This document shows, one piece after another, positions 24,688 to 42,226 of a stretch of DNA of 64,000 nucleotides (its first letter is position 1; each line of letters begins with the position of its first letter). Made by a program: the position numbers and the translations under genes. Source of the DNA: Macrostomum lignano (Eukaryota); the NCBI GenBank assembly GCA_002269645.1, contig NIVC01001451.1, forward strand, positions 62,001-126,000. The letters run 5' to 3'. The notes under the pieces are model-generated. The model made no database searches. It saw only the letters and a program-made list of their open reading frames with translations, and had not been told where the DNA came from.

Positions 24688-26216
24688 TCAATTAGCAGGC
24701 TCAATAATTCCCTCATCAATGAGCTGCGAATAGTAACTGGGGCTGTTCTCTGCGATGAATTTCAGCACCTCCGGGTATTTCAGATTGTAGGCAAAGCACA
24801 GCCGTTCGCCTGCGGGATCTGGCAGCATAATGCCGTAACTGCTGTTTTCTCTCCGGGTGTAGTAGTCCCTGATACTCCTGCTCATCTTCTCATAGCTCAT
24901 GTGAACCCGGCCCTTGTGCCGGCCCCACAGCTTGGCCGCTTCGTTGTTGTCCAGGAATTTGAAGCTTCCTGGCCGGGACAGTTGATCCCTGACCCATTTG
25001 ATACAGGAATGCTGTCGCAACAGCAGCTGCAGGGTGAACTGCCACAACAGCATGCGGGGCGAACTTTTCGACCGTCGCGAGCTTTTGCAAACTCGACCAG
25101 ACGTTGCTGCTGGATTTTTCATCTTGATACCGAGATGCATCGGAGTGGAGCTGCGGTCGCGGACAGTCAAGTCAACTTGTTGGTAGTACGTTGATTCTTG
25201 CAATTCATCGGCCTCTTCAAGCCTAGCATGCGGCAGCTGCTGCTGTTGTTGATGCTTAACAAACGCTGAAAGAAACAGCGAAAGTTTTAGAGTACATGCA
25301 TGCATGCATCAAAAGGTGAATTGATGAGTTGGTTGGCGAAGTAAAGGTAGTTGGCGGAGTGAGGTGGTTGGCGGAGTGAGGTGGTTGGCGGAGTGAGGTG
25401 GTTGGCGGAGTGAGGTGGTTGGCGGAGTGAGGTGGTTTGCGGAGTGAGGTGGTTTGCGGAGTGAGGTGGTTGGCGGAGTGAGGTGGTTGGCGGAGTGAGG
25501 TGGGGGACGGAGTGAGGTGGGGGACGGAGTGAGGTGGGGGACGGAGTGAGGTGGTTGGCGGAGTGAGGTGGGGGACAGAGTGCTATCAGATGCATATTTC
25601 TCCGCTTTGACACTCACCCACTCCCCCGGAAGTATCCGCCAAGTACGCTCGATTAGGTATTGGGAACATTTCGTTTTCCGGTAAGCTGCCAGTTGAAAAT
25701 TGGATGGCGGATCTGTTGGGTACCCAGGTTTGGTGTTGAATGAGCTCCTGTGAAGTTGCGGCGCTGCAGATTTTGTGGGCTGAAAGTACATAGAAATAAG
25801 TTGCTTGGTTGAAGGATAGATCCCTTGACTACCGATATTTCACGAAGTTTCAATAAATAGCTAATCCCTCAATCATTGATTCTGGCGCGCTCGAAGCTAG
25901 CGGCGCCTCGAAAAAAAACGGCCCCCAAAATGGCGCCCAGTCAGATAAAATGGCGCCCAATCAGATAGAATGGCGCCCAGTCAGATAAAATGGCGCCCAG
26001 TCAAATAAAATGGCGCCTAGATAGATAAAATGGCGCCCAGAAAGATAAAATGGCGTCCAAACAGATAAAACGAGGCCCAGTCAGATAAAATGGCGCCCAG
26101 TCAGATAAAATGGCAAATCGCTTACAGCTGCGCTCCTCACTGGCGTAAAGGTCGTTCAGAAGCAGTTCGAGAGGATCTTTTTCCTCTTGGAAGCATTTTT
26201 GCCTTAGCTGAGTCAT
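24688..26216 (-). CDS. ETS-domain transcription factor, SPDEF-like and divergent, about 276 aa
   Basis: Exons 26216-26126, 25779-25618, 25265-24688 (phases 1,1; open frame). ETS domain LLWQFTLQLLL...CIKW...FKF...AAKLWGRHK...MSYEKMSRSIRDYY...GIMLPD...RL. The 5' end may extend further upstream. Confidence 0.85.
25335..25575. repeat. 17 bp minisatellite (GGCGGAGTGAGGTGGTT)n in an ETS intron
   Basis: About 14 copies. Confidence 0.9.
25925..26112. repeat. 20 bp minisatellite (AAAATGGCGCCCAGTCAGAT)n in an ETS intron
   Basis: About 9 copies. Confidence 0.9.
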
Positions 26217-26654
26217 GCTATTGCTTTAGAATGGTTGGATTGTGTTAAAAGCAAAGTCACGGTCTGCACACAGCCTTATGCAGCCGCATATATATACACT
26301 GGTTAATGGAGCTAAGACATCCTGGAAAAATAAGGCGGATGGATGCCAATGTCTGACAGTTTTAATGCATTTTCTAGCGAATTGTTACCGGATTAAAAAA
26401 TAGCTGCGGCCTCAGGTTGAGTCTCACAATGGCACAGTCACAGACAGCTAGCTGGCAAACAGCTGTGTGTAATTATATGTTATTGTACATTGAAATAAGA
26501 AAACAATTGAGCTGGCCAAGTCAAGCAAAGTTCACTGTGGGTTGGCTAAAGAGATGGTCATTGTCAATTTGTTTTATTTTCCTCTGTGTTCGTGCTGTGC
26601 CGAAAAAAATTAATGGCTACTCGGCTGCATCCTGCTTGAAATTTTTGCAGGACG

Positions 26655-27400
26655 TGGGGGCGGATCCTGAGGCGGATCCTGAGGGGTCAAGACTTAGAGT
26701 GAGCGGGGCGGATCCAAAGGGGGTCAAGACTTAGAGTGAGCGGGGCGGATCCAAAGGGGGTCAAGACTTAGAGTGAGCGGGGCGGATCCTGAGGGGTCAA
26801 GACTTAGAGTGAGCGGGGCGGATCCTTAGGGGTCAAGACCCAGAGTGAGGGGGGCGGATCCTGAGGGGGGTCAAGACTTAGAGTGAGCGAGGCGGATCCA
26901 AAGGGGGTCAAGACTTAGAGTGAGCGGGGCGGATCCTGAGGGGTCAAGACTTAGAGTAAGGGGGGCGGATCCTGAGGGGGTCAAGACCCAGAGTAAGGGG
27001 GGCGGATCCTGAGGGGGGTCAAGACCCAGAGTAAGGGGGGCGGATCGGCAGATCCTGAGGGAGGGGGGTCAAGACTCAGAGTGAGGGGGAGGATCCTGAG
27101 GGGGGTCAAGACCCAGAGTGAGGGGGCGGATCCAGAGGGGGGTCAAGACCCAGAGTGAGGGGGGGCGGATCCAGAGGGGGGTCAAGACCCAGAGTGAGGG
27201 GGAGGATCCTGAGGGGGTCAAGACCCAGAATGAGGGGGCGGACCCAGAGTGAGGGGGGCGGATCCTGAGGGGGGTCAAGACCCAGAGTGAATGTGGCGGA
27301 TGCCGAGGGGTCAAGACCCAGAGTGAGGGGGGCGGATCCAGAGGGGGTCAAGACCCAGAGTGAAGGGGGCGGATGCCGAGGGGTCAAGACCCAAGGTGAG
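26655..27400. repeat. About 35 bp GC-rich minisatellite (GGGGCGGATCCTGAGGGGGTCAAGACCCAGAGTGA)n
   Basis: About 20 copies with variable G runs. Confidence 0.92.
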
Positions 27401-27904
27401 GGGGGGGTGGAGGGAGAGGGCCCCTGATAAAAATTCTCTTACAGTCGAACAATTTTTAAGGGTCCCCTTCGAAGGGCCGAGGCGACAGTGAGAGAGTACA
27501 ATGTCAGAGCTTGGAGACAGTTTTCTTAACCTCAGCCAGGTCAGTACAGTGTGGAATTAATCAGGTAACGCAGCTCATTCTTGTGAAATGAAGTAGCAAA
27601 AGTGAGGGCAGTTGGGTGTGCTTGAAGATTTTTGCGTGAAGAACTTTGCAATTCAAGTTAAGACACTGCAATTCTGAATACACCTATTTTGTTTGTCGTT
27701 GAAAAACTTCTTTTTTCGTTTTTTTGTCTTTCCAACTACAGCTTGTAAACCACAGATAATATACACCTAGATTAGTCACTTCACAAATTTACTCCTGCAC
27801 TACTAATAAGTACCGAATGTAAGTAGTAGTACAAAATTAGCAAAACTATTTAATCGTATTTTTGTTTTGTCAACTGTGTGAAATTTAAATTCTAAGGCCC
27901 TAAA

Positions 27905-28790
27905 TTACAGATTTGTGTTTACAGTCTGATTACAGTTTACATACTTTTGTTTACAATTTGATTACAGTATAAACATCTGTGTTTACAGTTTTATTACAGT
28001 TTAAACATTTGTGTTTACAGTTTTATTACAGTTTACATACTTGTGTTTACAATTTTATTACAGTTTAAACATTTGTGTTTACAGTTTTATTACAGTTTAA
28101 ACACTTGTGTTTACAGTTTTATTACAGTTTAAACATTTGTGTTTACAGTTTTATTACAGTTTAAACACTTGTGTTTACAATTTGATTACAGTATAAACAT
28201 TTGTTTTTACAGTTTTATTACAGTTTAAACACTTGTGTTTACAGTTTTATTACAGTTTAAACACTTGTGTTTACAGTTTTATTACAGTTTAAGCACTTGT
28301 GTTTACAATTTTATTACAGTATAAACATTTGTGTTTACAGTTTTATTACAGTTTAAACACTTGTGTTTACAGTTTTATTACAGTTTAAACACTTGTGTTT
28401 ACAGTTTTATTACAGTATAAACATTTGTGTTTACAGTTTTATTACAGTTTAAACATTTGTGTTTACAGTTTTATTACAGTTTAAACATTTGTGTTTACAG
28501 TTTTATTACAGTTTAAACACTTGTGTTTACAGTTTTATTACAGTTTAAGCACTTGTGTTTACAGTTTTATTACAGTATAAACATTTGTGTTTACAGTTTT
28601 ATTACAGTTTAAACATTTGTGTTTACAGTTTTATTACAGTTTAAACATTTGTGTTTACAGTTTTATTACAGTATAAACATTTGTGTTTACAGTTTTATTA
28701 CAGTTTTCATACTTGTATTTACAATTTGATTACAGTATAAACAATTGTGTTTACAGTTTTATTACAGTTTATAAATGTGTTTACAGCCTG
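27905..28790. repeat. 32 bp AT-rich minisatellite (TTACAGTTTAAACAYTTGTGTTTACAGTTTTA)n
   Basis: More than 25 copies. Confidence 0.94.
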
Positions 28791-29122
28791 ATTTAATGTC
28801 GCACTTCAAGCGGCATTGTCACACAACCGGCCAGAGGCATTACTGCACACTCCGCCGACTCCCCTGAGCAGGCACACAAGCGCGCGGATACGTACGCAGT
28901 CATACACACAGGCACTCACTCACACAGGAGTGTACAGCGGCCCTGACTTTATTTATCGTTAGGCATGTACACTTCACTGTGCCTTGGGGGTTGGCCCTCA
29001 AGGCCGTTAATTGCACGAGCAGAGCCAAGCCGAGATTCCAATTCAGCCCCAAGTTAATGTGACTGCACTTGGAATCGAGCCTGGGCCGCTGGCACACCGC
29101 CAGACCACTGGGCTACGATCCC
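28790..29122 (-). mobile_element. tRNA-derived SINE candidate
   Basis: Head GGGATCGTAGCCCAGTGG (A-box-like, 29115-29105) and GGCTCGATTCC (B-box-like, 29081-29071), followed by a unique body of about 280 bp. It cannot fold into a full tRNA cloverleaf. No TSD seen. Confidence 0.6.
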
Positions 29123-29705
29123 GAATGTGACCTTTCCAAACGCGCAACAAGAGAATTTGCTTAACAAAAAAAATGAATATTATTAATTATATTTTTATAT
29201 TCTCTGGGTGAATCTTCGTAAAAATAGATAATCGATTGCAAAAATTATTAATCAGAATTTAGAAATAGAATAACAAAAAGGATGTTGTAATTTAAGCTTC
29301 AGAAATCCGATTGTATTACACAGTAAGTCAAATGTTATTAAATATAGTAGTGTAGTTATTCAGTACATAATTTTGTTTAAATCCTTCTGCCCCTCATCCG
29401 GAGAGGACGATCGGGAGCCATGCCGACCATTCTTGGCCATAGAGGTTGAAGACTGCTGTCTGCTTGGAGACTGGTCAGTTCCTGCATCAAATTAAAGGCG
29501 TTATTTGCGACCTAATTATTTATGTTTGTGTAGGCGATAGCTACCGATATGTGTCGTAAGTAGAATTTTGAAAGAATTAAAAATATGTTAAGATAAGTTG
29601 GCAGAGAATCTTGGCGCCCCTAAGGAGGGAATCTTGGCGCCCACTGAGGAGGGAATCTTGGCGCCCACTGAGGAGGGAATCTTGGCGCCCACTAATGAGG
29701 GAATT

Positions 29706-32700
29706 TTATTTTGGACACCTTGGACGTGAATACTTTTCAGCCCTACCGGAATTTCGTCTGTTGGAGGCGCTTCTCGCTCGAGTTTTCGAAGCTTTGCGTC
29801 GCCGTTCGTTTGATGTCGCCGCCGCCGCCGCCGCCTCCTTGTTTTGACGGCTGTTTCGCGGCTTCTGTTCGCTGTCAAACTTTTCTTGCCTTTTTCCACT
29901 ACTAACAGTAGCGCTAACCGAGCGGGGTCTGAGAATATAATATAAATATAAAAATAAATATATATAAATATAAATATAAATATAATATAAATTTATATGT
30001 TATATTTTCTATCTGCTACTTACAGTAGAGAGCTGAAAAATTATAGAATATTAACACACCTGGATTTTCGCCACACGGACGGGTCGGTCTGGAACAGGCG
30101 CTTGTGGCGGCCGTAGATCCAGTCTGTGTGCTGTTTATGCACCTCGCTGCCGCCTGCAAGTTGCAAAACTAATTAATAACCACATCACATAAAATGTTTA
30201 TTTGTCAAATTACGACAAAGGCGCATGATCCGCCCGCCAGGCTGACGTCACCAGTCTGACTCATCCACCTGACCTATCCACCTGACCCATCCACCTGACC
30301 CATCTACCTGACCCATCCACCTGACCCATCAACCTGACCCATCCACCTGACCCATCCACCTGACTCATCCACCTGACCCATATCCACCTGACCCATCCAC
30401 CTGACCCATCCACCTGACTCATCCACCTGACCCATATCCACCTGACCCATCCACCTGACCCATCTACCTGACCCATCCACCTAACCCATCCACCTGAACC
30501 ATTCACCTGACCCATCCACCTAACCCATCCACCTGACCCATCCACCTGACCCATATCCACCTGACTCATATCCACCTGACCCATCCACCTGACCCATATC
30601 CACCTGACTCATATCCACCTGACCCATCCACCTGACCCATCCACCTAACCCATCCACCTGAACCATTCACCTGACCCATCCACCTAACCCATCCACCTGA
30701 CCCATCCACCTGACCCAGGCCAGCCCTGGCAACCCACTCTTTCCGAGCTCGTGCTTGAGCAGGTCGCAGTGGCCGTCCCGGAGCGCCCGCCAGGCCCAGT
30801 CGACGCTGTAGATGCTGGCGGTGGCGCGCAGGTACCTGCGCTGGCCGGCGTTGAGGTCCGGGTGGCCGAGGCCCGGCACGGCGGCCAGCAAGTCAGGAGC
30901 AGGCCGAGGAAACTGGGTTCGAATCCGGTGCCTCCGCGGTTGCCGACGGACGCCGCGTGACGAACCGGCGTCGTCGTCTGTCGAGTCGGCAACAACTGGT
31001 CGACGGCCTTAGGGAGCGAGATGGTTTGATTGGGCGTTGTTATCTGTGTTTGATCCGTAAATTAATAAGTAATAAAGTATTTGTAAAAATAGTATTAATT
31101 ACCATAAATCACATCTTATCTATCGCCATAAATCATATCTTATCAATCGCGATAAATCATATCTTATCAATCGCCATAAATCATATCTTATCAATCGCCA
31201 TAAATCATATCTTATCAATCGCCATAAATCATATCTTATCAATCGCCATAAATCATATCTTATCAATCGCGATAAATCATATCTTATCAATCGCCATAAA
31301 TCATATCTTATCAATCGCCATTAATCATATCTTATCAATCGCCATAAATCATATCTTATCAATCGCCATTAATCATATCTTATCAATCGCCATTAATCAT
31401 ATCTTATCAATCGCTGTAAATTATTATCTTGTCAATCGCCATAAATTATTATCTTGTCAATCGCCATAAATCATATCTTATCTATCGACATGAATCATAT
31501 CTTATCTATCGACATGAATCATATCTTATCTATCTCCATAAATCATATCTTATCTATCGACATGAATCATATCTTATCTATCGCATTGTGCCGCTATATA
31601 TTTAATCGCCATAAATATTAAATTCACCACCCTTGGCGCCTTTGGAATCTTTCACTGGCCGCTTCTCACCTTCCTCTTCGACCTCATCATCGCTCTCAGC
31701 ATTATCTACGTTCTTTCTTCCACGCTCGCCGTCGCCTTCGCTTCGTTGCCGTCCAAATTGTCGCGGTCTTTGTCGGCCAAGTCTATCGCTTCCGTCTCCT
31801 AGACAGACATACAAAATGGTCCCATAATAACAATATATTATCATTATACTAATATTTTATGCTTACCCAAATTAAGTCGATGCTCAAACTTTGCAATCAG
31901 TTCTGACATTGTTAGTTGTCGCTTTTTACTATTGGAATTCGGGCTGGTCATTTTCGTTCTCAAATATTTTTTAAGCTTTGTTAGCTGAGACTTGCAAGCA
32001 GAGAAAGTAGCGAACAACTCAAGGTTTGCTTGAGAACGGTCTCATTTGCTGTGCAAATTTATATTGCTCAGTAATAAATCTACCTCAATCTGAGCCCCCC
32101 ACCCCGAACTCGGCACACAATTATTTTCTTTGCAAGCAAGCAGATGAAGCCAGCAATTATATGCTGCAATTATGGAACTTTGTCTGCTCTCAAACTGTGA
32201 AGCAAATAAAGCTTTCACTTTTCACTAGCAGAGCAAGGCACTGAGCCAGCTTATTGCTTGCTTTAACCTCTCCTAGAAGATCATGTTGCAGATATTAATA
32301 ACACATGGGAACTTCTATTTGGCTCAGGTTTCATTTGCTTTGGATTGAATCAATTTCTTGGTTAGCGACCTGTGTGGGCACTCGTTCTTGAGCAGAGAAT
32401 TTTGTTATATTACATTGAAATAGCCAAACTTCTAGAAATTGGAAATCTGTCACTGAGGGTTTGAGTGGCAGCATGACTGTAATAGAAAAGGGGAGGGGAT
32501 GAGTGCGAAGCGTGATACTCGTATGATGGAGGGAGAGAGGGAGAGGCAGAGAGGGAGAGGCAGAGAGGGAGAGGCAGAGAGGGAGAGGCAGAGATGATGA
32601 GGCAGAGAGGGAGAGGCAGAGAGGGAGAGGCAGAGAGGGAGAGGCAGAGAGGGAGAGGCAGAGAGGGAGAGGCAGAGAGGGAGAGGCAGAGATGATGAGG

Positions 32701-34025
32701 CAGAGAGGGAGAGGCAGAGAGGGAGAGGCAGAGAGGGAGAGGCAGAGAGGGAGAGGCAGAGAGGGAAAGGCAGAGAGAGAGAGGCAGAGAGGGAGAGGCA
32801 GAGAGGGAGAGGCAGAGAGGGAGAGGCAGAGAAGGAGAGGCAGAGAGGGAGAGGCAGAGAGGGAGAGGCAGAGAGGGAGAGGCAGAGAGGGAGAGGCAGA
32901 GAGGGAGAGGCAGAGAGGGAGAGGCAGAGAGGGAGAGGCAGAGAAGGAGAGACAGAGAGGGAGAGGCAGAGAGGGAGAGGCATAGAGGGAGAGGCAGAGA
33001 GGGAGAGGCAGAGCGGAAAAGAGGGGTGGGGAAGACAGATAGAGAGAAGACTGAGATGGGGAGAGGAGAGAGCAGTGAAATCACCGGGACCATGCAAAAA
33101 TCAGTGGCAAAAAAGTTGCAAAAGTTGCAAAAGCAAACAGAATCAAATTTTACCCTGTCCATCATCGCGACTTCTCTGCTGCGCTTTTGAGTTCTGTGCG
33201 CGTGGCGCCGAGGCCGGCCGCTGCAACAAGTCGATACTGAAAAAACATTGAGCACAATCGGAAATACTTGAATAAGTTTCAGTATCTTAATACTTCTAGT
33301 AGCCATGGCGACTTACTAATCTACAACCTCCTGCTTTTCCGCGTACATCTTCAGTCGAGTTCGGGGCTGGAAAGGAATTGGCAGTTCAATTTTTTCCAGC
33401 ATGTGGTTGCTATGAGGCTGGGAGTTAATCTGCGATGGGGTAAAGATGGGTTAGTGATGGCGTAGTGATGGGTTAGTGATGGCGTACTGATGGGTTAGTG
33501 ATGGATTAGTGATGGGTTAGTGATGGCGTACTGATGGGTTAGTGATGGCGTACTGATGGGTTAGTGATGGGGTAGTGATGGATTAGTCATGGGCTAGTGA
33601 TGGGTTAGTGATGGGGTAGTGATGGATTAGTCATGGGCTAGTGATGGGTTAGTGGAGGTTGTACTGCAAGCTACTGTAGACAGTACATGTAGTCCAGATC
33701 AGCTTCAAGTTTTACAAGTCGAAATGTACTTTAACTCAAGTCTAGTTACATTGTCAGACTGTCTGTTTGTCCATGGTAAAAAGCCCATTTAAAGCAATTG
33801 TACGCGCAAAGGTTTGCTTTTTGCATTGGATTAAACGAATTTTCACCATAGACAAAGAAATCCGTCTGTATAGCTACAGAAGACGCACTGGAGGGCTTCG
33901 AAGAGGACTTTAACACGTACAATTTGCAAATAAGTGCAAGCGTCCGTGATGCAAGCATAACCATGGATTAACTAATAACTATTAAAGCAATTATTAGCAC
34001 TCACAGACTTCTTGGCCGAGCGCAT
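29706..34025 (-). CDS. FAM216-domain-like protein, about 293 aa, 7 exons
   Basis: Exons 34025-34005, 33366-33317, 33236-33154, 31798-31631, 31007-30738, 30153-30060, 29901-29706. Phases 0,2,1,1,1,2 are mutually consistent. The motif [21 protein letters not shown] resembles FAM216A/B (L-x-x-GQ-[KR]-RYL...IY). Confidence 0.7.
30262..30716. repeat. 13 bp minisatellite (CATCCACCTGACC)n
   Basis: More than 30 copies, intronic. Confidence 0.93.
31100..31575. repeat. 24 bp minisatellite (ATAAATCATATCTTATCAATCGCC)n
   Basis: About 19 copies, intronic. Confidence 0.93.
32530..33012. repeat. 14 bp polypurine minisatellite (GGCAGAGAGGGAGA)n
   Basis: More than 30 copies, intronic. Confidence 0.93.
33440..33655. 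repeat. 10-11 bp minisatellite (GTGATGGGTTA)n
   Basis: Degenerate tandem copies, intronic. Confidence 0.85.
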
Positions 34026-34660
34026 TGTGCAGCAAAATGAAATCGATCCACACCAGTGATAGAGGCTCAGAGCTCAGCTCCAGTTTTCTCCTGCCCCCCT
34101 AGCGATGAGCCCAACACTGCCCAACTAATTATAAGACAAAACTGCTGCTGGGATGGGATGTGATGAGGCCCGCGTTGCCACGGGTGACAGTGACAGTAGA
34201 TAGCGCGGGGTAGAGAAGGAAAATGGGAGTTTAAGCCTCATTTGACTACAGCAAACTTAAGCGAGTAAAATGCATGCCTGTGTACGGGTCTGATTGTTGG
34301 AACCTACGCGCTGTCGGACGGGACGGGATGGGGAAACTGCGTATACGAAAGAAATGTTGTTCAGTGGAGAGCTTCTTTCTCTAGAGTCATCTGTGTGTAT
34401 GTGGATCAGTTGAAGTACACACAAATCACAAGTGCTAGGGAGACGCCAGACAAAAGCTATATGTATCTAGCTGTCTTTATAATGCAGAAAAATTCAGGCG
34501 CGCCAGATTTGAAGCCCTTTAAAAATTGATTTCCTAACTGCAATGGTGGTTATAAAGTTTGTTCAAATCAACATCAAAGCAACAACTGCATTTCTTTGAA
34601 GCGAATGAAACAGCTCAAAACTACATGTACATAGGCGTACCAATACAGTGATAGAGTTGT

Positions 34661-34945
34661 GGGGTTGGCTCTGGGAGAGAATGGGGTGGGGTTAGGAGTG
34701 GGCATAAAACACACTCACTTAAGACCGCTAGCTATCCAGCGATAAAATGGGGTTGGCTCTGGGAGAGAATGGGGGTGGGGTTACGAGTGGGCATAAAACA
34801 CACTCACTTAAGACCGCTAGCTATCCAGCGATAGAATGGGGTTGGCTCTGGGATAGAATGGGGGTGGGGTTAGGAGTGGGCATAAACACCCTCACTTAAG
34901 ACCGCTAGCTATCCAGCGATAAAATGGGGTTGGCTCTGGGGCAGA
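34661..34945. repeat. 88 bp tandem repeat, about 3.2 copies
   Basis: GGGGTTGGCTCTGGG recurs at 34661, 34749, 34838 and 34926. Confidence 0.9.
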
Positions 34946-35600
34946 AAAAAAGAGGGTTGGGATTATAGTCACGTGATATTCCTTATGCGGCCTGTGCGTA
35001 CATCTATCCATTTACATGTACATATTTAAGTATACCCACTGCTAGCTTAATCGATTTCAAATTATTTGCACGAGTACTTTCGCACTAAATTCTCCGTAGC
35101 AGATGTACTTATTGTTCCAGTAAATTTATAAATCACTCTCGTAGATTATTGTAAAACAAGCCACTTTTATGAGTTAATTTTTACAACACAACAAATTTTG
35201 ACTAGCTAGTTGATTTATTAATTGCGGCGTTAAATATCTATATTTAGTACAATGATTATGCATGCAAAGTGAATTGTTGAATGATGAATTAGGCTAGTGC
35301 TAATACTATTAGCATATAATTCAGCATTAATACGTTGTATTAAATTACAGTATTAGAATAAGCTAATTAAATTCGATGGCAGGGAAAATGCAAAACTGAC
35401 TGCTTATAAAAATGGCAAAACAACACAAAGACAGAGATAATAAGCAGAATTCATAGTAGAAATATCAACTAACAGAGAAATAATATACATAATACAACAC
35501 AAAGGCTGAAATAAGAAGTTGCTTACAAATTTAAATGTTTTCTTATGTATGAAAACTAGTCCCTTCAAATCAAGGCTGCCGCGATATAACTGATTTCTTA

Positions 35601-41082
<5,482 letters not shown>

Positions 41083-41159
41083 TTGGGTCTGTGTATAGCC
41101 TCTGGTGCTGAAACTGGGGTGTCAGTTGCACTTTGCCGTCTACAGTGACTGCTGAAGGA

Positions 41160-42025
41160 CTGTAATAGAGTGGGTTTAAGGACTGCCTGTAGTAGAGTGG
41201 GTTTAAGGAGTGCTTGTAGTAGAGTGGGTTTAAGGAGTGTCTATAGTAGAGTGGGTTTAAGGAGTGTCTATAGTAGAGTGGGTTTAAGGAGTGCCTGTAG
41301 TAGAGTGGGTTTAAGGAGTGCTTGTAGTAGAGTGGGTTTAAGGAGTGTCTATAGTAGAGTGGGTTTAAGGAGTGTCTATAGTAGAGTGGGTTTAAGGAGT
41401 GCCTGTAGTAGAGTGGGTTTAAGGAGTGTCTGTAGTAGAGTGGGTTTAAGGAGTGCCTGTAGTAGAGTGGGTGTGGTGGACTGTCTGTAGTAGAGTGGGT
41501 GTGGTGGACTGTCTGTAGTAGAGTGGGTGTGATGGACTGTCTGTAGTAGAGTGGGTGTGGTGTACTGTCTCTAGTGGAGTGGGTGTGATGGACTGTCTGT
41601 AGTAGAGTGGGTGTGGTGGATGTCTGTAGTAGAGTGGGTGTGGTGGACTGTCTGTAGTAGAGTGGGTGTGGTGGACTGTCTGTAGTAGAGTGGGTGTGGT
41701 GGACTGTCTGTAGTAGAGTGGGTGTGATGGACTGTCTGTAGTAGAGTGGGTTTAAGGACTGTCTCTAGTGGAGTGGGTGGGTGTGATGGACTGTCTGTAG
41801 TAGAGTGGGTTTAAGGACTGTCTCTAGTGGAGTGGGTGTGATGGACTGTCTGTAGTAGAGTGGGTTTAAGGACTGTCTCTAGTGGAGTGGGTGGGTGTGA
41901 TGGACTGTCTGTAGTAGAGTGGGTTTAAGGACTGTCTCTAGTGGAGTGGGTGTGATGGACTGTCTGTAGTAGAGTGGGTGTGGTGGACTGTCTGTAGTAG
42001 AGTGGGTGTGATGGACTGTCTGTAG
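41160..42025. repeat. 27 bp minisatellite (TGTAGTAGAGTGGGTTTAAGGAGTGCC / ...GTGTGGTGGACTGTC)n
   Basis: About 30 copies in two variant zones. Confidence 0.93.
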
Positions 42026-42226
42026 AATGGTAATGGAATCCTCAATCCAAACGTATAATTAGTGTCTTTAATTCAAACTAAAAAAGCAAACAGAAGCACA
42101 TAGTCATAGGCACACCTCTGAAACAATATTTTTTTGTATATCTCATTCTCTATAAATAAAAGCAGAAAAAACTTCAGACAAATGCAAATTGAGAAAAAAA
42201 CTAATTTATATTGAATTGGCATTAAT

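Noticed and set aside
29050-29122. Functional tRNA gene
   Set aside because: A-B box spacing is too short and there is no acceptor-stem pairing. Treated as a SINE head instead.
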